DNA of 63,667 bases, the filler included, from Choristocarpus tenellus KU-1152 (taxonomy: Eukaryota; Protista; Phaeophyceae): the NCBI GenBank assembly GCA_964200185.2. It is 10 parts of 10 records of this genome, joined end to end, with 100 filler letters (N's around TTAATTAATTAA, not from the genome) between each part and the next. Parts side by side here need not be neighbours in the genome. Positions count along the whole stretch, not along the records: positions 54,059 to 63,667 come from CAXNAD020003537.1; 9 more parts are not named here. One strand, given 5' to 3'. Under the pieces are notes generated by a model that ran no database searches, had not been told where the DNA came from, and saw nothing but the letters and a program-made list of their open reading frames with translations. This document shows positions 53,959-63,667 of this stretch, piece after piece (within the stretch, counting starts at the first letter, position 1; every line of letters starts with the position of its first letter). The translations under genes and the position numbers were made by a program.

Positions 53959-56484
53959 NNNNNNNNNNNNNNNNNNNNNNNNNNNNNNNNNNNNNNNNNN
54001 NNTTAATTAATTAANNNNNNNNNNNNNNNNNNNNNNNNNNNNNNNNNNNNNNNNNNNNAAGAGTTCAGTCCGGTGATTGTGATTGCCCCCTTGAGAAAAA
54101 AAGAACTTGGCACCTTTGACACTTTCACACTTACAATTTTATAAAATACAAATCACATACTTTTTTGTTCTTGAACGTTTTTATTCTTCAGAAAACAACT
54201 TTGTTTGAGCTCCGGGCGATCCGTGGGACCACCCTGAGATCCATTATCAGGAAAATCCGTGCATTGTGATTTTCGGGAGTCGTAAATCAGATCATATCCA
54301 TACTTACAATTATCTTAAATACAAAGCACATACTTAATTGATCGTGTACGTTTCCAATGTTCAGAAACCAAAAAGGTACAAAAAAACTGGCACCCTCTAA
54401 TTTTTTAGTACAAACTCCTAAATTGTTGGACATTTGTATTCTTCAAAATACTAGAGACAACAAAAAGCGGTTCTTGAGTTTCGGTGATTTCTCTTTCCGT
54501 TGACAATTGTGTTACATGAAAAAAGGAATATCGAACAGCATACGATTTCAAATTGAAAAGAGGCAGAGAGTTAACAGTTTTTTGTGATCCTTTCGTTTTG
54601 GACGCTTCACCTCAAAACCGCACCTGCGACTGGTGCTGCTAGAATATGCAACCACCCAGAGTCTGAGTCACGATGATCATGTCATAACATTGAATGAGTG
54701 CTGATAGTTGTGATATACGAGAAAGGAAAAGCAACAGCAAGTGCTGATCGTCACCTAGAAAAAAGATAAAGCTACTATTACTTAAGAGAGTACATTAGAC
54801 ACAAAAAACAATAAACAAGCACCACAGACTAAAGGCGCAGGACACTCACTGCCCAACAACAATATATCACTATTATTTTATTTTCTTCTCCACATATTTG
54901 TTATGCACTAAAATTATCTGCGGTGGTACCCGCCTGAAATGTTCCAATACTCACCTGGCAGGATTATTGTCAACACAATAATCCAAGCGCATCCAACTCT
55001 CTGCTGGGGTGAAATCTTTTGAAAAAATATAAAAAAATCAAAGGGTAATGTGCAATATATCCCTCTGCACAGAAGACTCAATGATTCTACCTACATGGCA
55101 GACAAATACGTGCAAGCCCCTCACTCATGTCAGGACGGTCAAGACGTTTCAAAAAGGATTCAAAAGAAAGTACCAGGAGAAATTTTAGTTCAAGGCTAGG
55201 ATATTCATCTAACATCGCACTAGTACCAAGTAAAACAAAGGGAAGAAGGAAACGGGATACCAGGCTGCTTACACCTAAAATCAACAGTGGAATAGCAGGG
55301 ACACAATACACAATACTCAAATATAATAATAATATCGGCCAATGGGTGATAATATCTACTCTTGTTTTTTCAAGATCCACAGTCAAAATACAACCACAAC
55401 AGATGTCCTCTCACTACCAACACCATTTCCAGATTGAGGTACATACATTGAAGCCAGTCAACACATATTATACTCATTAGGCACAGACAATGCAGTAATG
55501 TTCCTTGGGAAGACATGAACCTTCTCCCAAATTTCAAGATTTGGTACAGAAATTACTGCTTTTAATAATTTCCAGTCAAAACACATTTGTACCAATAGTA
55601 CAACAGATCACAAAAACATACCAGACACGGGAAAAGGGGACAACGAAAAACACTGTCACAAAAAAGAGGATAAAACATCTCTGGAGGAGCTCATCTTCAC
55701 CCCCAAACCCATCCAAATACAAAACACACATCAATTTTCCTCGCTGCAGTCTAGTCCTTGTTCCCCGTCAAGTCCTCCTAAAAAACAAAACAGTTCCAAA
55801 CAGATTTATATTGTTAGTGGGTGGTGATGGAAGATTTTAGAGAAACGAGAGGTTATTAAACCCATTCATCACATGCATGTGATTATTGCAACCTTGAAAT
55901 AAAATACAATTCATTCATCTGGGAAATTTTTTACATCCAGCAGGAAAGAGAACATCAAGTAAATAAACATTTCAATCAATCCAACAGCCTGCAACCGTAA
56001 AATGTGAAGGTGATAATACAAATTCACTTCGTGACCTCAGGCACTACCTCCTTAGTGTCAACAGTTTATGCTCCACTACCTAGGGACACACATCCCATCT
56101 CCTTCCAAGTCCACCACTCAAAAAACAAACAAACACCACAGTAGCCGAGAAGGTCACCACCACCACCCCAACCATAACAATCACCACCATCTCATAGCCT
56201 TGCCCACAAAAAGACAAAGATGAAAACTGAATGTAGACATTGACAGCGTAAACATCCTCCAACATTTGAAAATGTCGACGGAATCATGAGCCTCATCTTT
56301 TAAGACCAAATAATAAATGTTCACCTTAGAGGCTTCTAAATAAGTCTTTCCTAATCAAAATACAAAATCAATCCAACTAGAATATTAGTGTCACCATTTA
56401 ACGTTGGATGATACACTACAAACAATACACTTAACCACAAATTTCAAGACGACAGGTTCAAGGTATATTTCCAAAATATAACTA

Positions 56485-58713
56485 TTCAAAAAATGCAACC
56501 GTACATCAGCCGGCCTCCGTCCACCTACTGCAAATCTCATCTTTATGCCCTCTTCTTTTGTCTCATCCCCAACAACCCTTACAATATTTACAGACAAACC
56601 ATTCACATTCTCACCTGAGCTTGAAGCAAGCCACCGAATTATCCCTTCCAGGTAGCCACACCAGGGTGACTTGATCCCAATGTTTCTTCAGCTATCCTTA
56701 TCACCTTACGGTACAGTTTCTCCGCCTCGTCATATTTACCCTGCATTATCAAAGTCACGAAACAACACATGTCAGTGAATCATACAAATCATACTCAGTG
56801 ACTCACCAAGTACAGGTACTTTCATGCTTATTTCAACACACGCCTGTTTCACACTGGATATCCACACACTACAACCATTCAACAAATGCAAACGTACATC
56901 AACCAGCCTCCGTCCACCTACTGCAAATCTCATCTTTAGAGCCTCTTCTTGTATCTCATCCCAACAACCCTTACAATATTTACAGACAAACCATTCACAT
57001 TCTCACCTGAGCTTGAAGCAAACCATCAAAGTTCCCCTGGAAAGCAGCCACATGAGGGTGACTAGATCCCAATGTTTCTTCAACCATCCTTATCACCTTC
57101 CGGTACAGTTTCTCCGTCTCATCATATTTACCCTGCATTATCAAAGCCACAAAACAACACACGTCAGTGCATCATACAACTCATACTCAGTGACTCACCA
57201 AGTACAGGTACTTTCATGCTTATTTCAACACACGCCTGTTTCACACTGGATATCCACACACTACAACCATTCAACAAATGCAAACGTACATCAACCAGCC
57301 TCCGTCCACCTACTGCAAATCTCATCTTTATGCCCTCTTCTTTTGTCTCATCCCCAACAACCCTTACAATATTTACAGACAAACCATTCACATTCTCACC
57401 TGAGCTTGATGCAAACCAGCCAAGTTTCCCTTCCTGGTAGCCACACCAGGGTGACTTGATCCCAATGTTTCTTCACCCATCCTTATCACCTCACGGTACA
57501 GTTTCTCCTCCTCTTCATATTAACCCTGCATTATCAAATCTACAAAACAACACATATCAGTGCATCACACAAATCATACTCAGTGACTCATCAAGTATAG
57601 GTACTTTCATGCTTATTTCAACACACGCCTCTTTCACACTCGATATCCACAAACTACAACCATTCAACAAATGCAAACGTACATCACCCAGCCTCCGTCC
57701 ACCTACTGCAAATCTCATCTTCAGAGCCTCTTCTTGTGTCTCATCCCCAACCACCCTTACAATATTTACAAATCATTCACATTCTCACCTGAGCTTCAAG
57801 CAACCCAGCCAATTTTCCCTTCCTGGTAGAAACACCAGTGTGGCTTGATCCCAATGTTTCTTCAGCTATCCTTATCACCTTACGGTACAGTTTCTCCGCC
57901 TCGTCATATTTACCCTGCATTATCAAAGCCACAAAACAACACATGTCAGTGCATCACACAAATCATACTCAGTGACTCACCAAGTACAGGTACGTTCATG
58001 CTTATTTCAACACACGCCTGTTTCACACCGGATATCCACACACTACAACCATTCAACAAATTCAAACGTACATCACCCAGCCTCCGTCCACCTACTGCAA
58101 ATCTCATCCTTATAGCCTCTTCTTGTGTCTCATTCCCAACAACCCTTACAATATTTACATACCATTCACATTCTCATCTGAGCTTGAAGCAAATTAGCCA
58201 AGTTTCCCTTCCTGGTAGCCAGATCAGGGTGACTAGATCCCAATGTTTCTTCACCCATCCTTATCACCTCACGGTACAGTTTCTCCGCCTCGTTATATTT
58301 ACCCTGCATTATCAAAGCCACGAAACAACACATGTCAGTGAATCATACAAATCATACTCAGTGACTCACCAAGTACAGGTACTTTCATGCTTATTTCAAC
58401 ACACGCCTGTTTCACACTGGATATCCACACACTATAACAACCATTCAACAAATGCAAACGTACATCAGCCAGCCTCCATCTACCTACCGCAAATCTCATC
58501 TTTATGTCCTCTTCTTGTGTCTAATCCTCAACTACCCTTAAAATATTCACATACAAACCATTCACATTCTCACCTGAGCTTGAAGCAACCCAGCAAAGTT
58601 TCCCTGGAAACCAGCCACAGTAGGGTGACTTGATCCCAACGTTTCTTCACCCATCCTTATCACCTCACGGAAGAGATTCTCGGACTCGTCATATTTACCC
58701 TGCATTATCAAAG
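56485..58713 (-). repeat. Tandem array of ~390-bp exon+intron units (about 5.7 copies, six exons)
   Basis: Exon-to-exon periods are 396, 389, 389, 393 and 392 bp. Introns are near-identical between units. Confidence 0.97.
56615..58699 (-). CDS. Six 126-nt phase-0 exons, each encoding one 42-aa kinesin-light-chain-type TPR: 58699-58574, 58303-58178, 57914-57789, 57525-57400, 57132-57007, 56740-56615 (three are disabled)
   Basis: Each exon is bounded by TGCAG| and |GTGAGA (ATGAGA in the second). An example translation is GKYDESENLFREVIRMGEETLGSSHPTVAGFQGNFAGLLQAQ, with the hallmark GKYxEAExLY...LGxxHPxVA...NLA. Confidence 0.92.
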
Positions 58714-60490
58714 CAATTGAGCTTTTATGTTAGCGGACCAACTAGGTCATCCTTAAATTTCTGCAGATTTATTTTATGTTACATCAATTGTCAGGTGAGA
58801 CCACGGCATGATAAGTATGATTTTCACCAAGCATACGATGCAGTATCACTCCATGACGTTGAGTCATCATTGCAGATAAAGGATGATTCTCTCCAACGCC
58901 AACTTCATCTGTCGTCTTGGTTGAAGTAGTGACCAATTTAGCAGCTTCATTGTATTTACCCTATGTAGAAAATCGGGAGTTAGGGGGTATGTTAGTAGAT
59001 CATAATTAACTATAATTGGAGCATTGGTGATAATTGTTACATACATTCAACTGCATACAGTTGATGGAGAATATACAATCGAGTTGATGTAGGTCTGTCC
59101 GTCTTCTTTCGGAAATATGCATTATATTTATGCGCTCCCTAATATTCATGTTGTCATGGACAACGGATCTACCTGAGAACTATTTCCACCATGGCAACTT
59201 CAAGCAATCTATTATGAACAGCTTTGTTGACAGAAAAAATGTGCAATATTTTTTCAAGAGGTAACTGGTTATGTGATGTAGAACTAGATACAGACTTCAA
59301 GGCTTTACAGCAAAACAGACCAAGGAACACTACCTATTCTATATACTTCAGACCTTTTACTTGTCGACAGAAACTGTACTATGTAACTCTTGTAGGATCA
59401 GGGCACAGGTCATTAACTTTGTTTTGTTCAATGCATTCTTGCCTATCTCTTCCTGATTGCAAGATATCTTAACCTCTGGGGAAGAACAGTACATCATCTA
59501 CAAAAACCTCAAAATGTTAGAGCACTTCATCTTGAAAAGGTTGATGGGTTTAATTTAGAGGTCGGCTTTGAAGTTGTGTTCACTTTATATACATTAACCC
59601 TAACCTTAACCACACCCTTGAAGGCCCAGAGCAAGCTTTGATGGGGATGGGGAAAGGACATACAAAGGCATTGCAATCATCAATCCTCATAATGCCATGT
59701 AATTATTATAAAATATATTTTGATACCTAGGAGACTAGCTGTAAGGGAGTTTCAATTATCATCCCTCCAGCACACACCCTGTAAGTGTCACAACAATTTC
59801 TGCTGGGGACTGGCGATGGGTATTCAAAGCAGAATATATAGTGTGGTTAGGAGGTGTTGAGCAACATTACGGTGCCCACATCCAACCTCAAGAGAACCAA
59901 AATGCACAGAAAACAATGGGGGCGCAGTTTCCTCATTTTCCTCAGAATATGATCAGATGTATCTCAGTGTGGGTTAAGTTTTCAAATGCCTAGGTTTGGA
60001 AGTTTGGTCAGAAGTGATCGCTATATATCTCTACATGGGAATGTATTTCTGTAGGGCTGATGATTACAAGGTTTGATCAATATATCGTATGAAGCAAAAC
60101 TGTACTTGATCAGATGTATGGAGGTCGACTCCAGCCTCGTCCGTACTGACACAAAGGAGGTATGGCATGGAAGATTCACTGAAAACAACTAATTTGTCTG
60201 GCAAAAACATTTTTACATGTGAAACAATGAATCACCATAGGCCAATTATTTGCCTTTGTGTTACAAAAATATGAAACCTTACCATTTGTTCTTAACATGA
60301 ATGAAGTCATTTGTTACAGAAAAACTCAAGTCAGCACGGTTTGGCACCCAAAGATCCCTCACAATATTACACATTTCGAAACATACCTAATGCTGTAGTT
60401 TTCAAGGTTGTAACACATGTCATTGAGTGTCAAGACTAAGCAGGAATGCATTGTCATAGCAATATTGTACACCAAATATTTCATCCTCAC

Positions 60491-61071
60491 TTGTGCAATC
60501 ACTGAAGGAACCATGTTACAGACTGTTTTTACAACAGCAATTACAGCTCTTCGAATGTCAGATCCTGAAGTCTTGGCTTTCTCCAATTGATCAAGTTTTG
60601 TTTGGTGTACCTGGAAGAGCACAGAAGGTACCAGGAGCACATGTTACCTTTAAGCCAAGTCAAACTGTGCATTTCGTAACAACAAAACAAGTTCAATTTC
60701 CACACCTTTTTCCACTCCTCCACTGATTCGTTGTATCTTCCAACCATGTGCAGTGTTGCTGACAACGTATCCCCCAGTCCATTCCAGTTCTGCTTCCCAA
60801 GAAGGATCATTTTCTCAGTGACCTCATTACTCCAGTTACGGAAAAGATGAGAAGCCTCCATTGAATGTGTGACCTTCAGTTCTCTTGCCCACTCATATAC
60901 TTTGTGTGACTCTTCCTTGAGGTCATAGAAACCTTTCAGATGTAGCTGGACCTCGCACAGGTGCCCCGGACCACGGTCTTGTGAGATGACCATGTTCATT
61001 TTCACATCCCGATACCCTCCTGGTGTGTAGCTGAACCGGAATCCACTGCTCACTCTTTTCACATGCAACTC
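60491..61071 (-). CDS. RelA/SpoT-like nucleotidyltransferase domain exon (61071-60706) plus a helical linker exon (60610-60491); likely the same gene as the TPR array
   Basis: ELHVKRVSSGF...GGYRDVKMNMV...HLCEVQLHLKGFYDLKEESHKVYEWAREL resembles the RSH synthetase GY(R/Q)(D/S), E(V/I)Q and H..Y motifs. Both exons (366 and 120 nt) are phase 0 with canonical AG and GT sites. Confidence 0.78.
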
Positions 61072-61883
61072 CTAAGAATATAGCGAAGGAGAGCGAAGAT
61101 AATACCTGGCAAGAGCGCGTCTGGGGCACTATTGCAGAGTGGCGTTGAGGTGCTAACTGAGGGAACAATGACAATCAATAAAATAATAAACAATTACCGT
61201 GCATCTGGGGTCTTGCTCATATAAAAAGGAAGAACAGAGATGGCAACAACAACAAAATAGAAAGGGGAACACAAGGTAACAGTGGAACGCACTTGATGCA
61301 AGTTCCGAAGTAACTTGGATGACGTGTGCTATGATGTTCCTGTGTGTGATGTGGATCAACTGAATATCAACTGATGCTATACTTCTATCTACTGTCATCG
61401 ATGTGATGATGAGTTGGAATGCGCAATAAATAAATGAACACTAACAACCAGTGCAGTGCACCAATCAATAGTCAGTACAAGCTGGTAGTGTGTGTCTCAT
61501 ATCAACAGGAAACAAATGAGTAGCCTATGTTTTAACATCTGCAAAATATCAGAGGACAATATTTTGTTATTATGCCCTCTGATATTTTGCAGATGTGTCA
61601 GGGTGAAAACAAATGAAAAGTATACATATGTCAGTATAAGCCCTAAAGAAATAAAATATCATTAATGTGAAAACACTATAAAGCACTGTAAGTGTGAAAA
61701 CCACCACTAATCTATCAGGTACTTCACCATTATCAATATTGTACTGCCTTCCTGTGCTTCCCATCTACCTACTCCTGCACCCCGGGGGGGGGAGCTAGGG
61801 AGGCATCCCAAGAATCCAACAAACCCCTCCATGCCCATCTCCCTGGTGACTCTAGTTTAAAGCGCACGGCATGTTGAGACAAT

Positions 61884-62142
61884 GAGTGAAAGTATCTTAG
61901 AGGGTACGAGTTTTTCCCTGTTTGTCCATTTGGGGCTTGGCTTCTCACCGGTATTTTGATTACATTTTCCTACTCCAAAATGTTTCGGAGTAGGTAAAAT
62001 GTATACATTTTGAAAAGGTGTGTCTGGAACATGGACATTGACACATCCTAACAAACACGATAGCGAAAATTACATCGAAAACGCAACATTGGATTTTGGG
62101 TCCCAGTTGGATACGGCTGTACCCTCTAAGATATTTTGGCTC
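61884..62142 (+). mobile_element. MITE family A, copy 6
   Basis: Collinear with 21923-22181, both TIRs present. Confidence 0.9.
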
Positions 62143-62214
62143 AAAATGCCACTTGCATAGTCACCGGAACAATTTGGCGTAGCCGGTATTTAACTACTCC
62201 TTTCCTACAATATC

Positions 62215-62347
62215 CTCCAGCTCCTCTCCCCCCTGCCATGTGAGCAGCCAGCGCATCCAGGAAGCATTCCGCTTACTTGCCAAGGCGTCCAAAACTTTCC
62301 ACCGCAAAGGTGTTGAGGTTATAACTACGAGGATCAAAGGGGCCCTC
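62215..62347 (-). mobile_element. Truncated copy of the RLE retrotransposon 3' end
   Basis: The reverse complement tttgatcctcgtagttataacctcaacacctttgcggtggaaagttttggacgccttggcaag matches 39191-39255. Confidence 0.85.
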
Positions 62348-62589
62348 GTATTGGGTATATTATTTTGGGCAATAACGACGACATTTCCTGAAGTTGTGTA
62401 GGAAAAAGAAGAAGCATAGAGTAAGGAAAACAACAGACGGAGCAAAATAGTGTAAAAGAAGGGACATGGTAAAATAAACACAACAAAGCATTACTCTTGT
62501 AATAGAGAGGTTGATCACATACTCCAACAAGGGTTGTAGTCTATCTCAAAACAATAAACAACTTCAATTGAAAATGTTCCTAGCCATAC

Positions 62590-62880
62590 ACTGTGTGGGC
62601 AATCAAGTCCACGAGTCAGTCAAACGCCTCCTAGCCGACTAACCTGGTGCCTCTGGTTTAAAACACATGACGCGCCTGGAGATTGCAATTTGAGGAGTTC
62701 TTTCAGAGGTGCGCGTTCACTGACCCTTTCCAACTGAAGCCCTCTGCCCCCGTACCCCCCACCATGTAATTCACCAGCTCTTCCAGAAATTGCTCTGGCC
62801 TATGTGCCTAGGCACCTGAAGCTTTTCACCACGAAGGTGTTGAGGTTAAAACTACTACGAGGGTCATAAGATCCCTTGTA
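62590..62880 (-). mobile_element. Second truncated copy of the RLE retrotransposon 3' end
   Basis: The reverse complement gaccctcgtagtagttttaacctcaacaccttcgtggtgaaaagcttc...ttctggaagagctgg...gggggg matches 39190-39440. Confidence 0.8.
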
Positions 62881-63018
62881 GTAGTTAGTTGCACTTTCGG
62901 ACCTCGATTGCATTCATACGTAATAATACTTGTTCTACACTCGAGCACTCCAATTCAAAACATACGTCACACATGTACATTTTGAGGCCTGCAACGATAC
63001 TCAACAAGACGAAAATAA

Positions 63019-63028
63019 CATACATACA

Positions 63029-63059
<31 letters not shown>

Positions 63060-63089
63060 ACGCGCGCGTGCGCGCGCACGCACACACAC
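63019..63089. repeat. Compound (CA)n/(CG)n alternating purine-pyrimidine microsatellite
   Basis: About 70 nt of uninterrupted RY alternation, including (CG)6. Confidence 0.9.
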
Positions 63090-63667
63090 CAAATCCTCGA
63101 GAGTAGTATATGTTCCCTTGTAACAGTCCAGTCCGTAATGCGCATGGCATACACTTCATAATATATACTTTCCCTCTGTTCGATACTGAACAGATGAAGT
63201 AGAGCTAGTGATGTCAAGCTAGTAACAACAATAAAACAATAGTCGAGAGGAAAACATGGCAAGTATGTGTATTTACATTTCATTATGTTACAATTGTGTT
63301 GTGTTGTCAAAGGTATGAAGTGTTTCTCTAGACACTTATCGTTTCCTTGCAGAGCAATTACAGTAGGAACTTGACGATATTGGCGGCGTTAATGACCTTC
63401 TGTCCCATATTATTCGATGCAAATAGTTTGTAGTTGCTGGGTCTTGGGGTACCTTTCTTCAACTGAGCATACACAACTATTCTGAACAAATCTGGAAATA
63501 TACTGTGTTGTTCCCCCCCCAAAAAAATATAATTTTATGGGTACTTGCTATTAATATTGCTCATATGAGGAATTTCTTCCACAAGGCAAATGGATGTGTG
63601 AGGTGGTGATAATTGGGTCAAAGTATCTGGGGGGGGGGTGTCGGCATCCGTTTTTCACCTTTTTTTC

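Noticed and set aside
56485-58713. Non-coding satellite or CRISPR array
   Set aside because: Each ~390-bp unit contains a precisely bounded 126-nt TPR exon.
56798-58929. Long plus-strand ORFs (e.g. 57845-58633, 56824-57459) as a repetitive protein
   Set aside because: They are antisense read-through of the tandem units. The splice signals and recognisable TPR translation are on the minus strand.
62194-62481. ORF as an upstream exon of the synthetase-TPR gene
   Set aside because: Its core is an off-frame reading of a truncated RLE retrotransposon copy matching 39190-39320.
63355-63482. Minus-strand segment IVVYAQLKKGTPRPSNYKLF as the missing N-terminal synthetase exon
   Set aside because: It has only a weak LKK..R resemblance, ends in a stop and lacks a convincing in-frame donor.

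Overview
The window is eukaryotic nuclear DNA made of ten unrelated short contigs joined by artificial 100-nt linkers (44 N + TTAATTAATTAA + 44 N). The source is most likely a brown alga or a close flagellated stramenopile. This is an inference from intron-rich genes, IFT56, TTAGGG repeats and one-TPR-per-126-nt-exon architecture. Most ORFs in the supplied track are spurious, and the real genes are spliced. Supported genes are partial IFT56/TTC26 (7 exons, one GC-AG intron), the C-terminus of a TKL-type kinase, a PX-domain protein, a bromodomain protein, a conserved uncharacterised protist protein, an ARM-like helical protein and an intact tRNA-Gly(GCC). Mobile DNA includes a decayed Ty1/copia element, a DD39D-type mariner remnant, three copies of an RLE-type non-LTR retrotransposon 3' end, LINE debris and several MITE families with GRG...CYC ends. 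There is also a decayed 18S rDNA fragment. The most interesting locus is in the last contig (minus strand, 56.6-61.1 kb). An exon encoding a RelA/SpoT-like nucleotidyltransferase core (GYRD...CEVQLH...SHxxYE) can splice in phase 0 to a tandem array of six 126-nt, 42-aa TPR exons. These exons are mosaic, vary most in their C-terminal third, and alternate between intact and disabled. The locus is a candidate exon-shuffled immune sensor coupled to an alarmone-synthetase-like or toxSAS-like effector.
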